Shown piece by piece: positions 25,517 through 39,299 of a stretch of DNA of 64,000 nt. This DNA comes from Octopus vulgaris (taxonomy: Eukaryota), in NCBI GenBank assembly GCA_951406725.2, contig OX597815.1, positions 172,174,001-172,238,000 of the forward strand, written 5' to 3'. The translations under genes and the position numbers were made by a program. How positions within the stretch are numbered: the stretch's first letter is position 1; every line of letters starts with the position of its first letter. The notes under the pieces were generated by a model. The model saw only the letters and a program-made list of their open reading frames with translations. It was not told the origin of the DNA and ran no database searches.

Positions 25517-27269
25517 CGAAGATCAAAAGGATGATGGAAGGAGACGATATTCTTCCGATATCGTAAACCTTGTCTTCCATTATAATATATTCCCATGTCA
25601 ACAAACACACAGTAGTCCATACTTAGTGTTTCTCTCAGTTTCGCTGTTGAGATTAGAATAAAATTGAAAAATGACCAGAATTGTCTACCATACTTGTCGG
25701 TGAAATAAAAAATAATGTTGGCTGTTGACTAATATCGTTATTTTTCTTCTCTAATTTGCTTTTTAATGCTTGTTGCATTAAATATATTAACACTACTTAC
25801 CGACCATAATTGTGGAGTTTTATTTCAATTTTAAAAATTGTGAATCATGCAGCAGAATTCTGCATTTATTTCTTAAAATTAGTCTATTATGAAAGCGAGA
25901 GAATCGAAATTATGCATACAGCTGCATATGAATTTATTTAAATGTATCTTTCGTGTAAATGTTGTCTCTTAATTGGTATATAATTCATTTACAGATGCTG
26001 GGAAAGTATATCCAGGCTCTTGAAGTCCAAGATAATAGAATCATGTGTGCCTGCATATTTGCTTTTAATTTTGTTTTTGTTTTTATTGTAGTTATGTTGA
26101 AAAGTTAGAAACCAAACGTGTTTTCTGTACAGATGAAAATTCTATTCCATAACTACGTTTTAATTTGACAGGCAGAGTGCTACTTCAATATCTAGTTTCC
26201 AACATGTAGCACTTCTGTGAGGCAGCTTCTAAGAATATAATCACTTCATTTTTTCCTTCAATCGGCGAACCTGGTGTGACCAACCCATCATTATTATTTT
26301 TTTTTTCTTTGAGCATAGCGTATCCAGGATTGTGCCATCTAATGTGTGCTTCCTTTTTTAAGATGATAAGGTGGAATTTCACTGAGATTTGGCTACTGTT
26401 TCTAGCTGGTCAAGCGACCACATGACCACATCATTAGTCTGGATTTAAGCTCTCCCGTTGGCAGTAGTTTTACATGATAGCAATTTTACTTGATCGCTGT
26501 AGAGTATATTACTATATTTTTTCTAAGAACACGGCATCTAACTGTATCATTTGAATCGATATTAGCTAAACTACATTGCGGCGTCTTCTTTTGATGTTTT
26601 TCGTCATACATTTAATCTGTCAAGTTATCTGTATTAGATTATTTCTTTAGTTACATTCGTCCAGTGAGCGACGACGAATGGCTGAGCTGTTGATCTTTGA
26701 ATAATCAGGCAATAAACTGAGAGATTGTCAGTTCGTCATTTGTCAACGGTACTACAATTATGTCAGAGCTATAAAGATGGGGTACAGAAGGAAAAAGCTC
26801 ACAGGTGACAGCACTATAAAACTGACGATTATATCGTCAACTTGCAATTCCTCCACTGATTATAGTCAGTCTGGCCTATCTTGAATATACTACTCGGTGA
26901 CATGGTCTTCAACGGTAACCCCAGCAACTCACTGAATTATAGAACACAGGCACACACTACCATAATTTTTCATTCGAACTGCAAATCTTATATGATTTCT
27001 TGTTGTCCCAATGTAGTTGTCCAACTCCAGCTTCTTGAACTTCCATTTGGATCTCTTTCTTTTAAAGTTTCCTCGCTTTAATATGTAACGTGTTGTTGGT
27101 TTGGGATTTTCAGCCAATGTCTTTAGGTGTTGAATACAAATCCTGTTAAGTTGACTTCATCATTTATCATTCGGGGACTGACAAAATAAGTACAAGACAG
27201 TACTGTAGTCCATAACACCTGATTATACCCTTCTCCAAACTTTGTGGCATTTGTCTACATTTCTTGCTA

Positions 27270-28290
27270 AACAGTTAAAGTGAACGACGTGCCTGTTTAG
27301 GGCTGCTTTAAGAAAGATATTTTACATTTAGCTTTAATTCTGTGAAGAAGTCCGTTCGTACGTAGAAGAAGCACGGGATAGCAGGACGGGTGCTGGATGT
27401 ATTCCAGCAAGTAATTTGGACAAGGTGGGTTAACAAACAGCAGCGAAATATCACACGGTTGTAACTCTAGCGGGCTGACATTCAGTGCATCGGATTTCGC
27501 GACACTTTACCAAATCCAACAAACCTTCGAACCAGAGGCAAGAATGAAGCATTTTCCTGCCCCTGCTATACAGAAGAAGGATCTCTTCACATCACTCAGA
27601 AATTGCTCCCAGAACCTTAACTGATGGCCGCTATCGCTGGTGACATGGCCAGGTCTTCAAGTTGCGGGCATCATAAAGACATCCACTAAGTCAGGCAAAT
27701 ATCATTCTAGGAAGGAAGCCATCATTTTTCTCAATGCTCGAAAGAAGCCTAGTTCACTGAAACATGAACGACTCAGTCTGCTTTCCACAACCTCAGACTA
27801 GCAGCTGACAGTGAATCTCGTTAAGCAGTTAAAGTTCATAGAGTAGACCATATCAAAACACATGGTATTACGCCCATACATAGTTATCTTTCGAAATTCC
27901 AACAGGTAGTCGAGTGAAAACTGACTGTACTCTGGAAAGAACACGTGGATGAGGCTCATGAAGGAAGGCTTGCTAAAAACCAGGTGCTGGTAGAGTAATG
28001 CAGATATCAAGGCTGGGGGTTACTTTGAGGTAACTGAAGTAGGCTGCCGGTTTTCTGGTGCGTTGATTCTGTCTGAGCTTGGTGTAACTGATTCAGCAAA
28101 GAGAAGGGCCAAAAATTCCATCACCGAAGCCGCAGAGAAGGCTGCTCGGTGGCTTTGGACAAAAAAGGTAAACCGACGATTTCCTGCTACAAGAATGCAA
28201 GCTGCGACTTGAGCAATCTCGGTTGGTTCCCTACGACCCCAGAAGCATCACTGATGATGAATCCCAGAGTGAAGCTGTAATTTGTTAACG
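27270..28290 (+). mobile_element. Degraded HERO-like RLE non-LTR retrotransposon 3' part
   Basis: Frameshifted translation DTLPNPTNL..CP..GRYRW*H.QV..QL.V.L.KQLKF..LRP.IVI..LTV.W.E...EAHE..LAK.Q.L..GW..EVGCR. Confidence 0.7.
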
Positions 28291-28506
28291 TGAAAATGTC
28301 GTCAATCTGAAACGAAATACTCAACTCATTCTCCTTGTATTTTGATTATGATAATAGTTGTGCTGGCTGAAAATTTTCATGACAAAAATAAAAACAACAC
28401 ATTCATAACTTGAATAAAAATAGATTTTTCTCACCGTAGTTCTCCTTTTTTTTTTATTTCTTGGTGTCTGTGTATCTTTGTTTGTGTGTGTGTGCGTGTG
28501 TGTGTA

Positions 28507-28557
<51 letters not shown>

Positions 28558-29480
28558 TTATCATGAGGACCAAGAAGTGCTTTCTTCTAAAACAGATAAT
28601 TTGATAAACAGATATTTTATTTGACTGTCAAAAATATTGTTTCATTTTCAAAATTATATATTTTGAAATCACAAATTCTTGTTGAAAAATGAAATATAAT
28701 TTAAAAACTATACATTTGATTAAGAAGACATGTTCCCTACAATGCTATTAGCAAAAGTTTTTCTCTATTTTTTCTCAAAAAAGTTGTAAAAGAGATTTTA
28801 GATAATGCACTTACTACAAAACATCATTATATTTACTATGTTCAATTTTTTTTTATCTCTTATATAAAACGCATCCTATGTTCTTACTGTCTTATGTTAT
28901 TCTGTTTCCAGAGAAATAATCAATTTTGATCAGCAAAATTTTATTGTAAGTAAATTATCACTGTAATTTATATCCTTTAACTCTCTAGCTATATTGTCAT
29001 CGTTTATTTAAGTTTAGCAGGTTTTGACAGTAAGGATTTAGTTTACTGCAAGCAAATAGACACACTGTTATTTTCCGGTGACAGAAGGACAAGTTTTGGA
29101 ACAGCAGCGTATACGACGACAAATTTATGTACAACTACAGTTAGCTGTCACTCACGAGCGATTATGGTTTCGTAACATACGCCACGCTTTCGCTACTTGC
29201 TTTAGGTGTCTATGTACTCATAAGTTGACATAGACACTCTCTATGCTCCTTCACTCTTGACCCAGCGGAATATCGAGGTAGAGGACTGCACCAGTACCCG
29301 GTTGACAAACATTACAGTTGAGTAGACTGGAACAAAGGGACACAACACGCCGCCCGGTCCAGATATTGAACCTGTGAATTTATGATCGCCAACCGAATGC
29401 CTTGATTATTAGGGAACGCGTCATCACTACGGATTGATTTAGAAAAGTGAGAATGCAGCGCCTAACTATTCTTGAGTATA

Positions 29481-30378
29481 CAGTAATCACTTACCACATC
29501 GCAGTTCACCTAGCGCGCCCTCAGTACATCGTGGATTGTTCTGGTTAATATATGTAAATTTATATCGCGGACTCCTCAGTATATCGCGGGTTTCTGCGGC
29601 TGATAGGTATTTATATTTTTTTAGATTTTAATTATTTCTGTGGTAAAATAAGCATTTTCACGCCTAAAAATTAATAAATTACTAGATAAAAATACAGTAT
29701 AACGTAGTATACCGTAGATGAGTAAACAAAGAATCACATATACTGTATGGAAAACGAAACTCGAGAAGCGAGTGTGTAGTATTGTTTTGCATTTGTGTGT
29801 AAGATTGTGAATTTATTTCAAGCCCTACGATGTCGCCCAAACGTTCTGCACCTTCCAAGGCTTCTGGCAGTGAACCCAAGCGCCAGAGGAAAATGCTTAC
29901 TATAGCAAAGGTGAGACTCCTCCACATGCTTAAGGAAGGGAGAAGGTATGTGGATGTAGGCTGCCATTGCGGCATCAATGAATTTACCGTTCGCTACATT
30001 AAGAAAGACGTAAAAATATAAGGACGACGGCAAAAGTGACTTTTAACAAGACAGCGAAAAGAGTGGTAACTTCCCACAGTAAGGCCATCGTAAGGATAGA
30101 GTCTGCATCAGCCCTTTAGCTCAGTGACTGCAGGAATAAGAACATTGCACTGGATACCAACACCATCTGTGAGAAGGCCATACGACAAGTTTGCGTATGG
30201 CGGTGACGACGACCAAGACGAACCTGAACCAGGACCATCTACAGCATCTCCCACCAAACCAACAGAATTTAATGCCAGCAAGGGCTGGTTTGATAAATTT
30301 CAAAGGAGGCTCAACCTTAAGTATCTCTGCATGGAGAAGCTGCCTCTGCTGACAAACTCGATAGTCGAGGGATTACTG
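29481..30378 (+). mobile_element. Internally deleted Tigger/pogo DNA transposon
   Basis: TA|CAGTAATC.. left end and ..GATTACTG|TA right end (TA TSD). MSPKR..KRQRKMLTIA..GINEFTVRYIKK and FNASKGWFDKFQRR match CENP-B-type HTH segments; the DDE domain is absent. Confidence 0.88.
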
Positions 30379-30949
30379 TAACGTGCTAATATTCGTAATG
30401 TAGTGTGAGAATAGATTTTAAACAAATAAGATTATATTCCTAGTGAATAGAAAAACACTCATTAACTTCATGCAGATTTCTCAACTAAATCATTGTCAGA
30501 AACTATCAATGGTTTGGTTTAGTCTTCATTAAGACGAGAGAGATAATCCCCAAATTTATATTAATTAGAATTAATTAAGAGTGGAATACAATGGAGAAAC
30601 AATTTAATCTTTGGCTATATGGCTACAACTCTGAACATATTTCAGTTTTGTTAGACATCATGTAGATCGATATTTTAATGCAACGGTTAGATTGTCTTGA
30701 AAGTAGGTTTTCAGCTCGAACAACTCAAATTTTTACATGATAGATACACTGTATTTGGGGGTCATACTAATACATACATACATACATACATACATACATA
30801 CATACATACATACATAAAAGACAATTCAATGAATAAGGAGAATAATACATCTACATATTTTTTTTATTATTATTACAGTCAATTATACATTATATGTGGT
30901 TTAAACCTTAGGGTCATCATAGAGCCATCCTGGTAACCGTTTTTATAGC

Positions 30950-31375
30950 TGTCCGATTTCTAAATGTTCCTCTTTAATTCTTTGCACTAAAAAAATTACC
31001 GTCCTCTACCAAATATAATACCACCTAAACCAACATACTTTTACTTTGCTTCAAATCACCACACTGTGCAATACCTCGAATAAAGCTGCATAGACTTTTC
31101 ACCAGATGAAAAAGCTGGATGCAAAATGAAAACTGCATTGCGAAATATCCATGTAGCAGAAACATACGTCGGGCAGATTTAAACTAAATATACTGTATAA
31201 TCGACTGTAATAATAAAAAATGTGTTGATATATTATTCTACTTATTCATCGAATCGTCTTGGATATACACTCTGTAAACTATTTATAATCCACTGAAGCG
31301 AGCCCAGAATGTATGCATCTGATGAAGTACATTGTGATTGTTTGCCACGAATAGTCCTAGATTGTTCCTTATCAT
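30950..31375 (+). mobile_element. Highly degraded PLE 3' remnant
   Basis: ETYVGQ-like GIY-YIG relic near 31160-31177 and a degenerate CTGATGA..GAAT hammerhead relic at 31318-31360. Confidence 0.35.
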
Positions 31376-31468
31376 TCGATGTGGTTAGTCATAACTAGGA
31401 TTATAATAGACTGCTTGAACGGTACCCGCCTGGATATGCTAACCCATCTATGCACTATATATATATAT

Positions 31469-31556
<88 letters not shown>

Positions 31557-31558
<2 letters not shown>

Positions 31559-31760
31559 TGTTGAAATTCACAGAAAAACAAAAGACGAAGATAGATGTAT
31601 AAACAACAAGCAGGTGTATTAGTTTGACGCTCGGGAAGGAGAGAAAGTCTTTTACACTTCGAGCCTACGCTCTTCAACAGAAAGGAACATGAAGAAATAA
31701 ACAGAGGGAATAAAAAAAGGATTAAAAAATTGTAGATTTAGCGGTCAATCATGGCAACTG
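31557..31760 (-). mobile_element. Non-autonomous repeat with variant hammerhead-like motif
   Basis: Homologous to 58620-58830. Minus strand reads CTTT-CTGTTGA-A-GAGC-GTAG-GCTC-GAAG-TG-TA-AAAG; abuts a (TA)n(TG)n tract. Confidence 0.6.
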
Positions 31761-33010
31761 GTTGGACAAAGGTATATAAATTGTACTCAATAGATATTAA
31801 TATACTTAACTAAATCGTTTCTAACAAGCCGACCAGCAAAGTTTTGATATATTAATAGATATCGATATATTTCTAATTTTGAGTATTTTTACGATGCACT
31901 AACCAATAATTTTAGTTATGCTCTATCTAATTTAATAACATTTTTCCGGGGTATAAAAATTAGTCATCAGAGACTATCAATGATTTGGTTTAATCTTCAT
32001 TTAATGTGCTTCATCTTGATATGCTATAAAACCTGTCACACACAAAATGTGATAACACCCTTGTATAAAAAATGTGATAACGCCTTTACAACTCACAACA
32101 ATACTGTTGAAGATTTACACCATGTGATTTTTTTCAACTTGAATCTACAAAAATTGTACTTAACTGAGAGTCTAAAAGAGAATCTCAATGTAAATGCTGC
32201 CTCAACCACTTTACCCAAATGTTCAAGTAGTACAGAGATAAAATCTTTCTATATATATAAGACTTTTACTGTTAGTGTTCTGTTTACTTCCCAAATCGTC
32301 ATTAGATTTTCTTACCTGAGTGTTGATACATGAAAACTGGTGTATAAACTTTATATAAAACCTAGATAACAAACAGTTTCAACATTGCAAGAGGTAGTAG
32401 CATATTCAGTAAGATTTTATGAGTGATACAGGGAATTACTGAATTCTTGTTCTTAACTCAGGTTTGCATTCTTGTAAGATGAGCGGACAAATTGCCGTCA
32501 GTCTTCAAAATTAATACCTTTTTTTCCTAAAGATTCTTGCAGAGAAGTATTCTTTTCCGAGTCAGTCTGCGGGAAAATTTAAAATTTATCTACTTGTTTT
32601 CCAGAAACAATATATCATACAAGTATTGTTTGGTGATCAACACGAGCCAGATTTAGTATTGGATCTATCGAAAACGCGAAGTACTTGGAAGTTTTAAGTT
32701 TTGCCACAATAGAATCTTAAACATATTTTACCATCTATAGTGCACTTTTTTGCTGGGTTGGTGATTTATATAACTGCTTGACACTTCTAGGATTGCCAAA
32801 TTTTTTTAATCCGACCCTTCAGAAATAGATCAAATTGTGTAATAAGTTCAATAATTATTTTTAAAATATTTTACTGGGTTTCAATACTATAATTACCCAA
32901 CTCACACTAAATACCGAGCCTAGCTCAATGAGAAAGATTGCTATGACCATAAAACGGCGCAATATTTTAGACCAGTTTTTATGTACACGATTTCTCAACT
33001 TTTTGTCAAC

Positions 33011-33072
<62 letters not shown>

Positions 33073-33277
33073 TTGTGTGTATATGTTTGTGTGTCTGTGT
33101 TTGTCCCCCCCCCCAACATCGCTTGACGACCGATGCTGGTGTGTTTACGTCCCCGTAACTTAGCGGTTCGGCAAAGAATAAGTACTCGCCTTACAAAGAA
33201 TAAGATTTGCTCGACTAAAGGCGGTGCTCCAGCATGACCACAGTCACATGACTGAAACAAGTAAAAGAGTAAAAGAG
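33011..33277 (+). mobile_element. SINE family A, 3' half
   Basis: Internal microsatellite plus family tail. Confidence 0.85.
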
Positions 33278-34049
33278 ATGAGAGGATTCCCTGCGTAGAA
33301 GATTGAACTTCAACATGAAATCTTTGTGGCTTGGGCTTTGTTTATGAGTTTTCATTTTTTTTTCTCCTTTTCTCCCTAATAATTTAAACCATCCTAGAAA
33401 ATTTGCCACATTGTCTGGACGCCTAGTACAATAAATAAAGTAACAAATTAAACCCTTCTATGTACTGTACAGGAGTCAAATTTTGAAATGGGACTCACTA
33501 TTGCCATGACTAAAATAAAACATAGAATTCTTTAATTCCCTCTCAACCTTGACCTAATTGATTACAACATTGCAATTCTGAATAGAAGCTAGAGACAATT
33601 TTTTTTTTTATCAAAAGGATACATATTTTTCTCTGATATGATTAGGTTTGGCTTACACTATGTCGCTTCGCTGTCTGTTTCCGAAGTATCTGTCGGATGT
33701 GATGATCCATCACCTTCTGTATTTTGATTGCGTATTACTCTCAATTTCTGGAAATGTACATGGAAGTGCAAGTGGTTCCTTAGACGGAACATCTATTACT
33801 GCTTCTCCATTTGTTTCTACTTCCCATTTTCAAAACGGAGAAAAATTCATTTGGGCGTCGTGTCATTACCAATAACAACTGTATTTTTCATTCCTTTCAC
33901 TAGAAACTATATATTTTCTGAGCCCTATGATTGTTGAATTTTCTGTGACACACTGGGTATTCTGAGTAAAATTTAATCTGAAAAGAAACAAAAAAAAAAA
34001 GCAATGAAACCTAACACTTTAGCTTCTAGTACTTGTTTTTCTTTTTTTA

Positions 34050-35900
34050 AAAAAGACCTGGACAAACGTCGTCAAAGAGGGATTCAGATGACCCTGACCA
34101 TTATTCTATAAAGAAAGAAAAGAGAAGCATTTTTAAGAGGAGCAGCACATCCCTACATTCCTTCCAGCAGTCAGATACAGAAATTAATCTGGTTCATTAA
34201 GTAGCCAAGAACTCAACCGTGTGCATAGAAACAGTTCTGATGAAATCAAAGCCAAAGAGCAAGATGTAGCTGAAAAATTAATATGGAGATATTCCTGCCA
34301 GTCACAAAGAAAATGTCTCGGACGAAATTAGAGTGTAGACTATGCATTGACAGTAACTGTGCAGCAGGGCGTAAAAGTTGTCAGAAGCAATTGCCTGCAA
34401 AGAAGAAAGAATAGAATAGAATGGAAGGCGGCGAGCTGGCAGAAACGTTAGCACGCTGGGCGAAATGCTTAGTAGTATTTCGTCTGTTGCTACGTTCTGA
34501 GTTCAAATTCCGCCGAGGTCGACTTTGCCTTTCATCCTTTCGGGGTCGATTAAATAAGTACCAGTTACTCACTGAGGTCGATATAATCGACTTAATCCGT
34601 TTGTCTGTCCTTGTTTGTCTCCTCTGTCTTTAGCCCCTTATGGGCAGTAAAGAAATAAGAATAGAATAGAATAGAACAGAATATAGAAAAGAAGTTGTTG
34701 GAAATCATATCTAGTGATGTTCATAAAACATTTTGGAAAATAAAACAAATTTCTTCTTTAAATGAAACTGAAGATGATCCATTTCTGTCCATAGCAAGAA
34801 ATGAAACGCAAGTCACTTTCTAACAAAATTAGTGGGCGGATGTATCTGTTTAATGATGCCAAGGCACACACTTATCGCAAACATCTGTATATCAAGGATA
34901 GAAATTTCTGAAATGCAGAGACTGTTTGAGTGTAATAAGCCATTCTCACAAAACGATATTTCTGAGTTCGAATTACAATACTTCACTCCTGATTTTCACA
35001 ATGAACTCTTAGAAACCATAACCCAATGTGATCTAGATTGATTCTAACATCAAATCTTATCAAGTCAATCTGCCTGTTTCAAATATGAAGCCTCAGCTGA
35101 CGGAATGGGGCTACACAGTCAGTTTCTACTGCTGAAAATGTAGACAGTCACGGTAAAGAAGATAAGACTTTCTCAAGAATTGGTGAAGTAACTTAATTTG
35201 GTGTCATGGGCATTTGCAAAACACATAGGGTAGCTATTACTATTGAATGATGTTCTCAGTAACATAAATTATATAACAACTGATGGAGAAAACGCGAAGA
35301 CAGGAATATATAAAGACATGGGCGCGGCTGAGAGACGAATTCGGTACAGAATACCTTATGTTGAAATCAGTATGCACAGTATATACCTCGGCACTTGAAT
35401 TCAAGGACGTCTACAAATCAGTCATTGAAATACTACATATTACAAATTATATAGGGGCAGGACAAATTTTCCACTCAGTCAAAGATCTTTTTTACAAACT
35501 AGCAATATCTTCGTGTTGTGAGAAGCGAGAAAATCCTGCGTCCATTGTAATCAAATGATTCCTTTTAACTTTGAGTCGAGCAGCGACTAAGAAACTTGTC
35601 TTCTCGATGACCTTTATTGTATTTAGCTCTGCCCCTCGTTGGTTTATTGTGGTGCGCACCTCAATTTATAGCCTTTTTTTACTGGAAAATCATGGAAAAT
35701 TCCAGCGATCATAGGATTGCAGCTGAAATAGCATTGGTCAGAATCCAGGGCAAGTCACATATGACGTGACTATTTCTCATTACTGAGCTAATACGGTTTC
35801 AAATCTAAGCCCAACAACACAACAGTCTGCTAACTGAACGCCTGATTTTCTGAAATAATTTGTTAAAATCAGCTGGCAGATCTCTTCTACAAAGTTTTAC
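34050..35900 (+). pseudogene. Degraded hAT-like (ZNF862-like) transposase remnant, interrupted by a SINE
   Basis: Fragments ITTDGENAKTG / WARLRDEFG..CTVYTSALEFKDV.KSV.EI resemble the hAT TDG..N.G and CxxH region; many stops and frameshifts. Confidence 0.45.
34425..34656 (+). mobile_element. SINE family B, full length
   Basis: Family consensus; flanked by duplicated AAGAATAGAATAGAAT. Confidence 0.92.
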
Positions 35901-38029
35901 AATTACAAATTATTTGTACATAAAAGTAAATGGGCAAGAGTAAATTAATTTTGACCTAAAGTCTACCAACTTATGAATAAGAAAAAACGCAGACATTGCA
36001 ACCTAAGAATGGGTTACAAACAAAAATGATTTTCTAACATCTTTCAATTAAACTAGAATGAATTAATAGATCATCTGTGAACAGGCACAAAATAAATATA
36101 TGTAAAATAGGTTCTTTTTTGCCTTTTTTTCCAGAGATTTCGATATTTACTACTAATGTAGTAATGATTAACTATATAAGATCTTCTGCTTGAATTACAA
36201 AGCTGCTGTTTATAGTTAAAATTTCTCAGTTACTGTACTGCATGGCACTTAATTAATAATATTTACCATTTAGAACTAAAATTTTCTAACCTACGTGTAA
36301 TCTTTTTGTTACTGTATACTGAAATACGAATTCTAACTTAGATGTTGCCATTCATAGCTCGTCCAAACAGTCTTGCAGCTGTCGTTTTAGAAGCTCGTGG
36401 TGAATGTCAATTTTCCAGACATTAAACAGGTTTCAGTAAGTTCTCCATAATTCGTTCGTTTTCTATTTTTCACTACTTTTTGCAAATGATAATCTTGTGT
36501 AATCTCTCACTGCATTGTACAGTTGGAAGCTGCGCATACCATTAAGACTTAAGTAATCATTAAACATAATGGCTTTCTGTGGCAATCATATATTTTCGCT
36601 CAGTAATGGACGATGGTAGCATGCGTATTTGATTAGAATAATTATTGCAACCAGTCATGGCCAGAATATAAGACGTGCAAATTATGTTGCGACTTTCTTA
36701 TTTTATCGTTTGCTGTTTAGCGTTAGTGATTATTGCTACATTCTCCATTATGGAACAAAATTTCAACCAAGCCATTAACGAAGATCCTACTGGTGTGCAA
36801 TATGGTTGGTCTTAAATCTATAATTGCCTTCTCAAAATCTGTTTTAACCGAATTTTTTTAGTCCCCTAGTGACTTTGAGAGACAACTCTAGTTAGTAATG
36901 CATTCTTGTGCCTTTTCTTTCGTTTCTCCTGAGAATGTAATCTCTCCGCCATTTTTTCCTTACTTATTACATTCCCCCCCCCCCTTTTATGTAAGACGTC
37001 AAGACAATTTTCTCCTTTACCGCAACCGCAGAAGTGATTTCCTCCTTGTTACTATTTACTTTCTTTCTGTAATTCAATCCCTATCGTTGCATCCGTTGCT
37101 GTGGTTTTCGTGGTCGCTAATGTTGTTACTATTGTTGCACTTGTTATCACCTTTTCACATATTATTTTCGTTGTTATTGTTCTTCATTTCGCTTTTATTC
37201 CGGCTGTAACATTCGTATTGTAATTATTTAGTCAATTATTCCCAATACTAATTTCTTTAGCCTACTCAGAATAACGAAGGAAGCAGCAACGGTTGAAGAT
37301 ATCACCTCCTACTGTTACCATCTGAGTAAACATTTGCAAAACAAAAATTAAATTTGTCAGGTTTTTTTCCAGCTGACAAGAAATAACAACCTAATATCAT
37401 TGCCCGCAAGTGATAGAATATTCAAACATAATTATACTTCTTGTTCTACAATACATAGGCGTATATTATTTAGAACAGAAATTCTAACATGTCAGATGGA
37501 AACAATAAATTTTCATCAAAATTAAAAGAACTTCCATTTAGTCTCTTCAAAATATAATCCAGTAGTAATAATGATAAAGCACAGTTTTTGCGGAGGTACT
37601 TCATTTTATTGATCTCAGAAGTAAGAAAATCAAAGTGAGCCTCGGTGGGATTTGAACTCAGAGATGTAAGTACCATAACTAGATACTCTATCATATCACC
37701 AATAATGTTCTTGCATTTGCGTGTATACGAGTGGGGGTACGGGCGATTATATCGACATCAATACTTGACTGGTATTTATTTTATTGCCCGAGAAGGATGA
37801 AAAGCAAAGATACCCTGCTTTAAAGTGTCATAATAAAATACCATAAAGCACTGTGACGGGTGGGGAGAAGTCAGTTATTATTGTGTCTAAGGCGGAGAAT
37901 TGGCGGAATCGTTAACACGCCGGACAGCATGCTTAACGGCATTTTTTTCCGGTTTTACGTTCTTAGTTAAAATTCCGTCGAGGCCAACTTTGCCACACAT
38001 CCCCTTTCCGTATCGGTAAAATAAATACC

Positions 38030-38448
38030 TATTTCTTTACTACCCACAAGGTGCTAAACAGAGAGGGGACAAACAAGGACAGACAAACGGATTAAGTCGA
38101 TTACTTGATTCCAGTGCGTAACTGGTACTTAATTTATCGACCCCGAAAGGATGAAAAGCAAAGTCGACCTCGGCGGAATTTGAACTCAGAACATAACGGC
38201 AGACGAAATACCCATTTCTTTATTACCCACAAGGGGCTAAACATAGAAGGGACAAACAAGGACAGGCAGAGGTATTAAGTCGATTACATCGACCCCAGTG
38301 CGTAACTGGTACTTAATTTATCGACCCCGAAAGGATGAAAGGCAAAGTCGACCTCGGCGGAATTTGAACTCAGAACATAACGGCAGACGAAATACCGTTA
38401 AGCATTTCGCCCGGCGTGCTATCGTTTCTGCCAGCTCGCTGCCTTCAA
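38030..38448 (-). mobile_element. SINE family B with duplicated body, nested in an older + strand relative (37889-38545)
   Basis: TSD TAAAATAAATACC at 38017-38029 and 38449-38461; two tandem bodies. Confidence 0.9.
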
Positions 38449-39299
38449 TAAAATAAATACCAGTTGAGTACTGGAGTCGATGTAACTGAGCAACCCGCTT
38501 CCTCAAAATTTCAGGCCTTGTGCCTATAGCAGTAAGAATTATTATATCGTTGATAATAAGCAAAGAGATAAAAGGCTGCATTTCTGGACAAAAATTTCCA
38601 TACAATCAAATATATATTTCCATACATTTATTACGTTTAACTGTTTACATCCTACATATGGATATAATTCTATTTATATAATACTGATGACATTTCAGTG
38701 TGTCTGTAGGTAATAGTTGAAGATTTGCAGCTTGAAAGATGTAGAAAATGATCTCGTTAAATTTGTTATATTACAGGTGTCTTATATTGTTGAAGAAATA
38801 TAGAGAAAATAGAGAAAATAATAAGATAATGGATCTCGAGATTAAAACACAAAGGTAAACCAACCTTTTGTCAAACATGTATTCTTAGCATAAGTAGAAA
38901 GATGAGAACACATCACACCGAGCAAAATAACAAGGTTCCGTGTGGAATCGGAGTAACTCTGATGTGGAGTCCTAATCGTTAATTTATATAATCTCAAGTA
39001 AAATCTTCCAGAACCTTCAAATTGCAAATTTGTGGAAAGCTTATAGAATCGCCGTTTAATGTTTGCCATCGTTAACTCAAACTTGCCAGCTAATGTTGGT
39101 TGACCAGTGAGTGTTCTGTTCTCTGAATGTGCTGGTCATAACTTTTATGGCTATATGAGTAGACTCTGGCTCGTTACTGGAAATCCAAGCGAGGTGGCTT
39201 GAATCGAGGCAGTGACCTACTGCAAATTGTGCCCTACTTTTTAACAACAATAACAATACTAACAACAACAACAATAACAAAGCTAACAACAACAACAGC

